Positions 1-9,497 of a stretch of DNA of 64,000 bases are shown in pieces. Position numbers and translations under genes: made by a program. This DNA comes from Candidatus Melainabacteria bacterium 17Bon1m (GTDB taxonomy: Bacteria; Cyanobacteriota; Vampirovibrionia; Obscuribacterales; Obscuribacteraceae). Under the pieces are notes generated by a model. That model did not search any database, was not told the DNA's origin, and saw nothing but the letters and a program-made list of their open reading frames with translations. The stretch covers positions 64,001 through 128,000 of the forward strand of contig JAVLKG010000010.1 in assembly GCA_032128875.1 (NCBI GenBank), written 5' to 3'. The first letter of the stretch is position 1; every line of letters starts with the position of its first letter.

Positions 1-2937
1 AGCCGACACCGCAAACAACGTGCCTCCATCGGCAGTCGGCAGCGTGAATTGAAATGAATACGCGCCAGAATAATACTTATCCCAAGACTCAACCTTTGTG
101 ACTTTCAGATGCAGATAATCCACCCACTTCTGCATCAGGATTTTCACCCCCGCAGAATCAGACGGCAGAGACATCACGTCCAAGCGTCTTATGCCTAATG
201 GAGCGGCTCGCGTGAAGATTGAAATTTCCGGGAAAGGCGCTTTTGGTGCTTGCGTCTCTTTAAAGGTCCAATCTTTGGCGAGCAAAACTGAATGCTTGAG
301 TGACGCTATATCACGGAAAGAAAATACTTTGCGGTTTGGTGAACAATATACGCTCACAGTAAAAACAACTGCGAGAGCCATTGCCAAAAAAGCTGCTGAT
401 GTGTACGACAGGAGAGCATTTGCTGCGGGTTTCGTTTCCTTATCAAAAGGGCTTTCAGACTCGTTTCTACTCGACTCGAGTGTTTGCAGAATCATGCACA
501 CCAGTGCCACCATCACGGAGGAGAAGATGACCATGACTGACATAAACAAACCGCTTGCGCGCAGTAGAACTTCGAAGTATTCGTAACCATAGAGAATCAG
601 GCCGCCCAGCATTGCCCCAGTCAGGACTGCCCATGGCCATGCTTTTGGTCTATCGGTTTTCAGCGCAGCAACAGACATCCACAGAGCCGGCAGCCAGTAG
701 GCAAGGTAGAGATGAAACACATTGGTGTTAAACAAAATTTCCTGTCGCAGCGGTGCCAATGCCACACGCACTTCATTTGGAAGCGGTAAGTCAACAAATG
801 AGTATGAGAATGACACTACTCCGCTAGCAAAAGCAAGCATCAGATACAGCATCCAGTAGTGCTGCTGCTTTAAGTCATCCGAGTTAGAAATCTTCGCGCT
901 TCTCAAAACTGCGAATCTACGAACTAGCATTAAAAGCACAACGAAAATTGCCGCTTTGAAAAACAACCAGTATCCAGAAACAGCAACATCGAGACTAAAA
1001 TTGCCGGTCGCTCGCAAACTTTCTAATTGCAGTTTTACAGTTTCAATAAAACCAGCATTGGTGAAACACTTATCAATTGCGTTGAAACACATGGACGCGA
1101 CGGCGCCTGCCGAGAACGCTCCCAGAAGAAACTTTACGGGTGGAGTATCTGTTTTGAAGCGCTTGTTCGCCCATAAAAGCAGGTAATAAGGCAAGCCAAT
1201 ATCAATCACCGCGTGGAACATGGTGAGAAACAACTCGTTTACGATGCGATAGTCGAAGCAGCTGGCTCTCGCATTTACTTGCAGAATTATCAATCCGACG
1301 AGTCCACCATAAATTGCGAGTCGTCCACGCGAAGGCCACATTGGTGAGTCATTTATACTGAGTTTCCATCCGATGGTATGCATCAGCCAAAGCAGCCAGA
1401 TCGCAAAAAGCCAGATCAATACAGCCGAGTGAATCGGTCCGCGCGAGAAGGAAGACATCTGAAAGATGTACTCCCAAAGAAGCAGCGCGGCAAAACTACT
1501 GAGGAAGAACAATCTCGACAGTACAGCGGCATTAAGACGCTTCTGAAACGCAAGCACGGCAACGATACAGACTTCGCACAAAAGCACCCACTTCATCCAA
1601 TGTGTCGCAATACTGAGCAGCGGATCAATCCAGATAATCGCCTTCACGACTTTGAAGAAGGGAAGAAAAACAAAGAACACTTGTTGACCAAGTGCGCTCG
1701 TTTGAAAAGACAGCATATTGATGATGTCTTCGCTCCACGCCGCAAATGTCGCAATCAGCAATGCAAGTAGAAAGAGTGGTGTTGCTAGACGACTAGGCAA
1801 GATGCCGTTCACCGATGCAGCGACAACTTTACTGCTACCCATCAGCTTGTGCACAATACCAACGCCAACGAAATAGAGTATCGGCCACAGATAAGCATTG
1901 CTCATATCTAGCGCAGAGATTATTGAACCTCCCAAGGAAGCGAGTCCGCCTCGCCACGCTGTTGCCGACAGAAAAGCTATGAGTAAGAAGCTATTGATTA
2001 AAAAAGCAGCCTGGATGGAGAGCGGCGGAGTATTTGTTTCCGGTATGGATGGTTCAATTGCAGATGTCGTAGATGTAGGTGCTGCGGGTGCTTCACCCAA
2101 TTTGCTTTGTGCCGAGCGAAGAGTGTTTGCCACCATCAAACAAACTAAACCTGCGCAAATACCGATCGAACAACCGGCACCAATCCCTACTGCAGGACCA
2201 TTGAATGGCAGTACAGTCCCCAACCATGGGCGCAGCGGCGTCAATATCGTGAATTGAAATCCAGCGGCCGCACCGACCACCAACGCTGTTACCAACCTAG
2301 AAATATTCGCGCGCTTTCCATCTACACCCAACATTGTCAGATTGAAAATCAGCGAGAACAACACAGGCATGGTTAGTAAGGCATTGCAATAACTGCGTGG
2401 CAGATACAATATGCAGCCCGCAAGAAAATAGAGCGCACCAATCGCAGTGGCAGAGAAAGCAACCCGATTGCAGACTGCAGTGCCCACAAGTAGTGCGGAC
2501 CAAGCGCAAGGTAAGCAAAGTATCCAAAGAAAGATCGGCCAGGTCGCCATCGCATGTTTGTAGCCGGAAGAAGTTTCAATCCCGACTGCACTTAAATTGA
2601 ACGGCGCCTGCATCTGGGTAAGTGGAATCGCAAAGCTCAGCACCACACTCAACTGAATCATCAGACGCAACACTGGCGCAGTTTCGGCAGGGGCATCACC
2701 CAACTGCATTCGGTCTTTTGCATAGTCACGCCAGTAAAAGCGCTCGAAAAACTTCCAAACCGCCTGCCCGACGCTTGACTGCCCAACGACACCAACCACC
2801 GGTTTGATTAGTGGAACCTCACCCACCTTCCGCACAAGTCCATAACCGTGATCGCCAATAACCGCCAAGAAAGGAAAGATCCCCACCAAATAGTTGGAGA
2901 ACTTCCGAATAGTTGCGATTGTTTGAAATGGATTCAT
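1..2937 (-). CDS. Large polytopic membrane protein of unknown function (>979 aa, truncated by the left window edge)
   Basis: Manual translation of the minus strand from ATG 2937 (MNPFQTIATIRKFSNYLVGIFPF...) stays open to base 1 (...SGAYSFQFTLPTADGGTLFAVSA), with many hydrophobic segments. Absent from the ORF track because there is no stop in the window. Confidence 0.85.
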   Translation of the reverse strand, partial: MNPFQTIATIRKFSNYLVGIFPFLAVIGDHGYGLVRKVGEVPLIKPVVGVVGQSSVGQAVWKFFERFYWRDYAKDRMQLGDAPAETAPVLRLMIQLSVVLSFAIPLTQMQAPFNLSAVGIETSSGYKHAMATWPIFLWILCLPCAWSALLVGTAVCNRVAFSATAIGALYFLAGCILYLPRSYCNALLTMPVLFSLIFNLTMLGVDGKRANISRLVTALVVGAAAGFQFTILTPLRPWLGTVLPFNGPAVGIGAGCSIGICAGLVCLMVANTLRSAQSKLGEAPAAPTSTTSAIEPSIPETNTPPLSIQAAFLINSFLLIAFLSATAWRGGLASLGGSIISALDMSNAYLWPILYFVGVGIVHKLMGSSKVVAASVNGILPSRLATPLFLLALLIATFAAWSEDIINMLSFQTSALGQQVFFVFLPFFKVVKAIIWIDPLLSIATHWMKWVLLCEVCIVAVLAFQKRLNAAVLSRLFFLSSFAALLLWEYIFQMSSFSRGPIHSAVLIWLFAIWLLWLMHTIGWKLSINDSPMWPSRGRLAIYGGLVGLIILQVNARASCFDYRIVNELFLTMFHAVIDIGLPYYLLLWANKRFKTDTPPVKFLLGAFSAGAVASMCFNAIDKCFTNAGFIETVKLQLESLRATGNFSLDVAVSGYWLFFKAAIFVVLLMLVRRFAVLRSAKISNSDDLKQQHYWMLYLMLAFASGVVSFSYSFVDLPLPNEVRVALAPLRQEILFNTNVFHLYLAYWLPALWMSVAALKTDRPKAWPWAVLTGAMLGGLILYGYEYFEVLLRASGLFMSVMVIFSSVMVALVCMILQTLESSRNESESPFDKETKPAANALLSYTSAAFLAMALAVVFTVSVYCSPNRKVFSFRDIASLKHSVLLAKDWTFKETQAPKAPFPEISIFTRAAPLGIRRLDVMSLPSDSAGVKILMQKWVDYLHLKVTKVESWDKYYSGAYSFQFTLPTADGGTLFAVSA

Positions 2938-3054
2938 GGTGGTAAGAGCTTAGCCTACCAATGATAAAGGGAAAGCTCCAGTATAAGAAAAGCCCCAGAC
3001 TTTTGTCCGAGGCGAGCTTTCTGAATTCTTATTGACCGCGCTCTGGCGACTATC

Positions 3055-3804
3055 TCAGTGGAATATTCTTGGTACCGTCGATTCCATTGCAGTTCTAATG
3101 ACGGGAGTAAACTGTCTGGGCGCGACTTTTAGCACATCGGAACCGAGTTCAATAGGTATTCCTTTCGACAGAACCGAATATTCAGCGCCGGAGTGCACAG
3201 CGCGAGCCACTATAGCGTTGCCGATTTGACGAATACCATTAACTCCACCGTACACCAATGCTCCTTCGGTGAATGACTTTGCGTCGGTGAGCGTGTTAGT
3301 TTTCAAATACGAACTGGTCAATCCGGAGACGACAAAAGGCACAGCAAGTGCCAGCGGCGTTCCAATCTTCGGAATATTGCGCAGCCCGGCGAGAGTCAAA
3401 CCAAGATCAGTAAGGCAGCCAGCGCCAGTACTCAGAAGTAAACGGGGAGCCATCTCGGCTAGAGTCTCAGGCTTATTGTCTGCTGTTTGCTCTTGTTCTT
3501 TCCGCTCCGTCAGTGCAATCAGTGAGTCTTCCATCACCTCCAATTTGTCGGCGTTTATTACCGCGCCAAAGCCGTCGTACTCTACAGGCACGGTTTTAGC
3601 ATTCACTCTTGCAATCAGTGAGAAATCCGGACTTTGACTGTCCACCGCATCAAGCTTTTGATTGAAAGCTTTGGCAGCTTGGTCTATTGCAAACTCAGTC
3701 GCAAACCCACCAAATTCATATGTATTTGTCTGAATTGAATCGGATAAATTCTCCGACTTGTTTTGTTCAGAACTCTGGCTTAGAGGAGAATCGAACACGC
3801 CCAT
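3055..3804 (-). CDS. Hypothetical protein with hydrophobic glycine-rich helices in the C-terminal half
   Basis: ORF 3055..3834; GAGGA upstream of ATG 3804 (MGVFDSPL) suggests that start. No family recognised. Confidence 0.6.
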   Translation of the reverse strand: MGVFDSPLSQSSEQNKSENLSDSIQTNTYEFGGFATEFAIDQAAKAFNQKLDAVDSQSPDFSLIARVNAKTVPVEYDGFGAVINADKLEVMEDSLIALTERKEQEQTADNKPETLAEMAPRLLLSTGAGCLTDLGLTLAGLRNIPKIGTPLALAVPFVVSGLTSSYLKTNTLTDAKSFTEGALVYGGVNGIRQIGNAIVARAVHSGAEYSVLSKGIPIELGSDVLKVAPRQFTPVIRTAMESTVPRIFH

Positions 3805-3892
3805 GTTATGGTCCTCGAAAAAACGCCTGTGCATCGATCATCGGTTCGATTTATTTCAATTTTGCTACTTGAGCATCGTAGAAATGCGAAAG

Positions 3893-4681
3893 TCATGTTA
3901 AAGCGCCAAACAGCTCTTCCTCCAGTCTTCCTTCCATAAGGCTTGCGACTTCATCTAAAAATGCCGCAGCAGCGGGCATGTCTAAAACATTGGCATTGAA
4001 ATTGAGCGAGATTGTCATCATCGGTCGCACTGCAATTTTTTCATCGATTACGACGGGCCGGTCTTCAATTGTCCCAATGGCAAAAGTAGATGTACAGATG
4101 CATGGACCTAGAGCCATAACCATTTTGTACTTTCCTAAGGACGTTAGGCCAAATGTTGCTTTTTGGCACTTCAACCTCAATCTGGGAAAAGTGCAGCCTA
4201 CAGAAATGATCAAACGTCGTACAAGATACGGAAGAGCAGCATAAGCTTTTTGCTTGGCAAAAGATGCCAGTTTTTGAGGACTCTCTTTGACATAGCTACT
4301 CAGCTCGTCAGCTATTGTTGCCAGTGTTTTATTGTGAAGGTCCTCCACTTCAGCAAAGAAAACCGTATTTGAGCCCTCTTCCTCCCGCTCCACAGTAACG
4401 CCCCCAACAATACTTTCGTAAGTTACTAGCCTTCCGAAAGGTAAAAGCTCGGACCTGCTCATTGGATGCGCTTTCTGAGCAATTGCTATGGCCTTTAGCA
4501 ATATCGCTGTAAAGGTAATTTTGACTCCGTCTTCTTCAAAGTCTGATCTCAACCGGCGTGCCCAGCTCATATCCACATCGCGAAAAACATAGGAAGCAGT
4601 CGCCTGTGGAGCGATCATCGTCAAAAGATCGACAACGGTCTTTCTGCCCACCTCGAATCTTTTGAATGTGATGCTTTCCAT
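3893..4681 (-). CDS. Stand-alone 2-oxoacid dehydrogenase E2 (acyltransferase) catalytic-domain-like protein
   Basis: DVDMS, KITFTAILLKAIA, TFGLTSLG and IGTIEDRPVV...RPMMTISLNF match the E2 catalytic domain; no lipoyl domain; the HxxxDG motif is altered. Confidence 0.8.
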   Translation of the reverse strand: MESITFKRFEVGRKTVVDLLTMIAPQATASYVFRDVDMSWARRLRSDFEEDGVKITFTAILLKAIAIAQKAHPMSRSELLPFGRLVTYESIVGGVTVEREEEGSNTVFFAEVEDLHNKTLATIADELSSYVKESPQKLASFAKQKAYAALPYLVRRLIISVGCTFPRLRLKCQKATFGLTSLGKYKMVMALGPCICTSTFAIGTIEDRPVVIDEKIAVRPMMTISLNFNANVLDMPAAAAFLDEVASLMEGRLEEELFGALT

Positions 4682-4947
4682 GTTCCTCTGCCCGTATTTA
4701 TCTCAGTTGCGAGGTAATTTTAGACATCAACAATATTTCTTCTTTTTGAGAGCGGTAGGCTTCAGTACACATTTAGATTGTCAAAGACGTAAAGGCTAAC
4801 GGCATCAATCCCAGTGATGATCCCCAAATAACCTGATTATGCAGGCGCACTCATACCAAAGATGATGCTGCAAGACTTGAGGACGATGCTCAAAGTGTTG
4901 GCGCGTACTTAAATTGAAATGATCATCAGACTAATGAGGAAAGAAAA

Positions 4948-5361
4948 ATGGGACGTCATTTGCTGCGATTGCTTTTTACATCGGCAAGCTTCTACTTCTT
5001 ATTGCCCCTAATTCCAGGAGTACAGTTTCACGGAAGTTTTTTGCATGCTCTTTTGGCTGGCATTCTCTTCACTGTATTTGCCTGGGTAGTTGAGCTTGCG
5101 GCAATGACGGTAAGTGCCACTTTGCTCATTGCAACACTAGGCATGGCACTTTTCATTCTTGCGCCCTTGTGGCTTCTCGGCTTCTTTCTCTTGCCCGCTA
5201 TAGCCTTGAGACTTGTCGCCGATACCATTCCTTCGGTCATCTGGTTTTCCGGCTGGTGGCCGGCAATTTGGAGCGGTCTTGTCGTACTTTTCATTGGCGT
5301 AACGACAAGCGGCGACATTCATGTGCGCATGAGAAGAAACGGCCCTGCTGCTCAAATTTAG
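4948..5361 (+). CDS. 4-TM phage holin superfamily IV (YvlD-like) membrane protein
   Basis: 137 aa, hydrophobic; IPGV.F...ALLAGILF, TLG, F.GWWPAI pattern; GAGGA RBS. Confidence 0.7.
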   Translation: MGRHLLRLLFTSASFYFLLPLIPGVQFHGSFLHALLAGILFTVFAWVVELAAMTVSATLLIATLGMALFILAPLWLLGFFLLPAIALRLVADTIPSVIWFSGWWPAIWSGLVVLFIGVTTSGDIHVRMRRNGPAAQI

Positions 5362-7445
5362 CGACCTGGACTCAATCCTAAATCTTCAGATTTCAGCTCA
5401 AGCAACCTTATGTTGTATGAGCCGGGCGGAAGCTTAAACCCAAGGTCAACCACTTTTCCATTCAATAGCCAATCGCGATAGTTATTCGGTCGAAAAACGA
5501 TGCTGTGCGACGAATTACCGGGACTCTCTGACGCAGATTTTTCGGACAGCTGTCTTGACGGACCTTCGCAATAATCAATCCAGTTGTTTTGAGGTTGATG
5601 TTCAGAACGCCATAATAGCTGCACTTTCTTAGACATATCTGCGTCATTGATTTGCCCATCGAACTTTAATTCGATTGCTGCAACTGCAAACGGATTAATC
5701 GGCTCTTTTAGCTTTGCCCAAACAATTCTGTCATAACGCGGATTTTCGATGTTCTGGCAAGCAACTAGGTTTTTCTTCTTCAAAGTGACAAAATCTCTGG
5801 ACGCGAATGTGCTTGCACCGCCAGGAATAGTCCAATCTATCCAGCGTTTTTCGCCCGTCGCCCAAAAGAGCCAGTGTGCTTTCCTATTAGTCTCGTAAGC
5901 TTGCTTGAGAAAGGCATAGTCGATTGTCCCAGGCTCTGCAACCGGGGGCTCCTTCAGCTTCGAAAACTTCTTTGAGTAATCAGCCTCAGTAACAGGTGGC
6001 TTCAACATACGGTGCAAAATTTCTTCACTACCTACCATACCGGAGCCTTGGAAGTCCTGCGGTAAATTGATTAGCACCACGGATTCGACTTGGTCATTCT
6101 TCGCCAATTCAACAAGGCGCGAGGAGAGCACTTTCATTTGCTTGCCGGCATCGACCCACGGATAAAGATTATGATGGAGAGCCACACACCAAGTGACTGC
6201 AAGTGAGACAAGCGCCCCGCAACCAAGAATGTGCATTGGTCGACTTTGAAGAATTGAAAGAAGTTTTGAACCGCCGGACTTCGCCGTTTGCTTAACAGTA
6301 GGCACCATAATCAGTGCCAACAAGATACATAACCCAGCAGAACCAAGAAAGAAAAGACGGCTGCCTACGAGGTTAGGTGAGATTTGCCATATTTGGAATG
6401 TTGGCAAAACAGAGATGACTGCCCACGCTGCGACAAAAGCGAGAATACGCAGGCGCTTAAGCGGTTGAAACATTCGAACAATTGCACATAGCAAAACCAC
6501 GAGCCAGCTAGCATAAGCAATTTGGGCGAAGACTGGCGACAGCGTTTGTTCTTCGTTGGTGCCAAAGAGAATCTTCCTGAGTGTCGCAATATCTAAAAAG
6601 CGGCGTAAGTTGTGAATGAAGTCGCGTATGTTTCCACCACCATAACCGCCAACAAGGGTTCCCAGCAAAGCTGTTCTAAGAACAGCAAACCCAGCCAGCA
6701 ATGCCATATAACTGGCGAAATAAGCAGCTCTGCGTTTGATGCTCAACTTGCACCAGCCGAGTGAATCAGGCAACAAGATTTCAGCCATCGCAATTACAGC
6801 AGGCAGAGTGACTGCCATTTCCTTGGAGATCAGTGAAAGGAAAAAAGCTATGAGCGATAGTACGAAATAGCCAAACTGCCCGGTTTTGCGAAAGCGAAAA
6901 TAAAGTGACAATGAGGCGAGGTAGAAAACAGTGCAGAATAGATCTACTCGACCCACAATCCACGAAACCGATTCAACGTGCAGCGGAAAAACCAAAAATA
7001 AAAGTGCTGCTGCAAATGCAGTGGCTGCGCGCTGCTTGAACGAATCACTGTCCAGCAATTGGTAGGCTAATGTCGCGCAGAAGAACGAACATAAGGCAAA
7101 GACGAGCAGGTTGGTGGCATGGTATCCGACCGGATTCAGCCGATACAAAAAATGGTCGGCAACATATGAAAGAGAAATTCCCGGTCGAAAACTCGTCAGC
7201 CCATCGGCTTGTCCTGACCAGTTTCCGGAAAAGGTTCTAACAAGTCCGCTGAAGTCACCGTTGTTTGCATTGGTCGAGTAGTCGAGATGAACGAAATCAT
7301 CAAGGAGAAAACCAACCTGCAGCGTGCTCGAATAGAGCGCAAAAGTCAGTGCCAGACAGAATAGAAAACTGAGTGCGAGAAAGCTCAGTTGACGCCTACT
7401 CAACTGAGTACTGTCATTACCGGCGGTCTGAAAGAAGAAACTCAA
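5358..7445 (-). CDS. GT-C fold (PMT/TMTC-like) membrane glycosyltransferase
   Basis: FLLDD loop motif, FRP, GYHATNL, PLHVESVSWIVGRVD, SKEMA; soluble C-terminal domain. Confidence 0.8.
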   Translation of the reverse strand: MSFFFQTAGNDSTQLSRRQLSFLALSFLFCLALTFALYSSTLQVGFLLDDFVHLDYSTNANNGDFSGLVRTFSGNWSGQADGLTSFRPGISLSYVADHFLYRLNPVGYHATNLLVFALCSFFCATLAYQLLDSDSFKQRAATAFAAALLFLVFPLHVESVSWIVGRVDLFCTVFYLASLSLYFRFRKTGQFGYFVLSLIAFFLSLISKEMAVTLPAVIAMAEILLPDSLGWCKLSIKRRAAYFASYMALLAGFAVLRTALLGTLVGGYGGGNIRDFIHNLRRFLDIATLRKILFGTNEEQTLSPVFAQIAYASWLVVLLCAIVRMFQPLKRLRILAFVAAWAVISVLPTFQIWQISPNLVGSRLFFLGSAGLCILLALIMVPTVKQTAKSGGSKLLSILQSRPMHILGCGALVSLAVTWCVALHHNLYPWVDAGKQMKVLSSRLVELAKNDQVESVVLINLPQDFQGSGMVGSEEILHRMLKPPVTEADYSKKFSKLKEPPVAEPGTIDYAFLKQAYETNRKAHWLFWATGEKRWIDWTIPGGASTFASRDFVTLKKKNLVACQNIENPRYDRIVWAKLKEPINPFAVAAIELKFDGQINDADMSKKVQLLWRSEHQPQNNWIDYCEGPSRQLSEKSASESPGNSSHSIVFRPNNYRDWLLNGKVVDLGFKLPPGSYNIRLLELKSEDLGLSPGR

Positions 7446-9358
7446 GATACAGGCGAACCGTCCGATTGTTCTTCAATTATCGAATCGCTCTTAAGTGACA
7501 AGGTGATTTTCTTTGTCAAATCCGCGCTTATCGAAAGTTGGCGGATAATCTTAGCTTCGTAAGAACCATCCAGTGGCGGCGCGAATCGGAAGATGTAGAC
7601 GCCGGAAGGCAAAGTCAATCGGCATACTCCGTCATCAGGAGTGACGTAATATCCACGTGGCATCCCTGATTGATCGAACTGCTGGCGCTCGTATTCATGT
7701 ACATCATCGTCATCATCAGACAACTCTGTTTCGTCATTGCCATACGGCACATAAGAAACGCGGCACCGCGGGACTGCATATCCGTCTTCACCTTGCACTT
7801 CAAAGCGAACCTGGCACCAACCATGCCACGTTATATCCACATTGACGGGTTCGCTGGCTATCTCCACCATGCGAGCGTTGACAACGTCTTTGTGAACCAC
7901 CAGCCAATAGCTGCCGGGCGACAGGAATATGCAATACCTTCCATCACCGTCAGTGATACCACTGGCCAGAGCGCGGGATCGATCGGCGTCCAACTGTTTT
8001 TCAGAGTCTGAATAAACACTTACTCTTACGCCTGGTCGCGCCTGTCCTTTCTCGTCTGAAACCCGACCATGCAAGGCGGTTCCATTCTGAATCTTTACTG
8101 CCACATGTGTGTCGCCGCCTACCACAATCATGCGAGTCCATGGCGCCAAACCATTATGCTCCTGATCATTGATGATAACGGTAGGTGCATCTTTCGGGTG
8201 AGCCGTGACCACAAGTTTGTAATTGCCACCGGGTACGGCAGCAGAGAATTGCCCTTGCGCGTCTGTTCTAGCTAGAAATTCAGTCTTTCTATCAGCAGCG
8301 CGAATACGAACGAGCGCTTGCGAAATCGGCTCGTCTTCGTACATTACTTGTCCTCTCAGACGGTGACCTTCTGAGACGGTAAACTTCTGAAAAACGCTCT
8401 CGCCGACGGTGAGACCAGTCTCCTTTGTAGAAAAAAACATAGTGCCATTATCGGGTGCGATGGAGACATCGTAGTGACCTGGCGAAACCATCGCTCTGAA
8501 TCGTCCCAGCGAATCGGTAAGGCAAGTACCTGTCAGATCGAGTTCTTGTGCAAGTACTTTGTCTTTAAAATCCATCGACGCGCGAGACGGTCCGACAGAA
8601 ACATGAGCACCTGCAACCGGCTGTCCAAAAATATCGTGCACTTCGCCATCGAGCGGAACAAGCGGGGGAAGGACGAGATCTAATTCATCGTCATTACTGA
8701 AGACCATAACTTGAACAGTCGTGCTGACGAATGTATGGGACGGATCAGTATTCATCGGAACAGCAAAAGATTCTTGCAATTCGTCGATATTATCGACATC
8801 GTCCTCTAGCTCAAGCTCAATCTCGTCTTCGCTAACAACATCGCCTTTTGCCGCACGAGCAGCAACGTGATATTTTCCGCGCGGCAGTACAAGACTATAA
8901 TTGCCCTCTTCATCTGTTTTGGCTGCAGCTTTATAAGAAGACGGTTCGATACCGAGAGCAACAACTTCGCAACGTCGTACCGGTTCGCCAGTGTGAGCCG
9001 TGACTGTGCCTGTGAGAATGCAACCGGTAGTTAGATTGATATTGCAGTTGGTGTTGCTCATAACACGAGCTTCGTTGATCGACTGCTTCAAAAATCTAGT
9101 GGATGAGTCTGGGCTGACTTCCAGCCTGTACAGCCCGGAGCGCACAGCAAAACTAAATTCGCCGCGTGTGCCAGTCCTCTGCTCGGAAACTGGAGCTTCG
9201 CCGCCATTGCCGTTTCCCGAGTTTTGCTGATAGACATCGTAGACATGAACCAGCACGTTTTGCACCGGCAAACCCTGGTGGCGTATGTGTCCAGCCAGAT
9301 TGAATGTCACTTCGGATGATGCCAAGAGAACCTCATTTTCTGCGCGAACTCTGACCAA
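7442..9358 (-). CDS. Protein of tandem carboxypeptidase-regulatory-like beta-sandwich domains
   Basis: About six repeats of the type G.V....G.P....V...TD..G.F...V..G.Y.L. Start may be TTG 9325 (GAGG upstream). Stop overlaps the next gene's start (ATGA). Confidence 0.75.
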   Translation of the reverse strand: MVRVRAENEVLLASSEVTFNLAGHIRHQGLPVQNVLVHVYDVYQQNSGNGNGGEAPVSEQRTGTRGEFSFAVRSGLYRLEVSPDSSTRFLKQSINEARVMSNTNCNINLTTGCILTGTVTAHTGEPVRRCEVVALGIEPSSYKAAAKTDEEGNYSLVLPRGKYHVAARAAKGDVVSEDEIELELEDDVDNIDELQESFAVPMNTDPSHTFVSTTVQVMVFSNDDELDLVLPPLVPLDGEVHDIFGQPVAGAHVSVGPSRASMDFKDKVLAQELDLTGTCLTDSLGRFRAMVSPGHYDVSIAPDNGTMFFSTKETGLTVGESVFQKFTVSEGHRLRGQVMYEDEPISQALVRIRAADRKTEFLARTDAQGQFSAAVPGGNYKLVVTAHPKDAPTVIINDQEHNGLAPWTRMIVVGGDTHVAVKIQNGTALHGRVSDEKGQARPGVRVSVYSDSEKQLDADRSRALASGITDGDGRYCIFLSPGSYWLVVHKDVVNARMVEIASEPVNVDITWHGWCQVRFEVQGEDGYAVPRCRVSYVPYGNDETELSDDDDDVHEYERQQFDQSGMPRGYYVTPDDGVCRLTLPSGVYIFRFAPPLDGSYEAKIIRQLSISADLTKKITLSLKSDSIIEEQSDGSPVS

Positions 9359-9497
9359 TGCAAGATTCTACCTTGCGGATCGGATATTTGATACCCAAAG
9401 AGGGGCATCAGCGCCCAAATCTATGCGCGCCATAGCCTGTCGATACCGCCCGGACATCAATCACATATCGCCAAAAATGCTGCCGATAAAAAACTCG

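Noticed and set aside
191-2807. Short track ORFs on both strands
   Set aside because: Shadows of the long minus-strand membrane-protein frame 1..2937.
4948-5361. Holin-family gene as evidence of a prophage
   Set aside because: No other phage genes nearby; this family is common in chromosomes.
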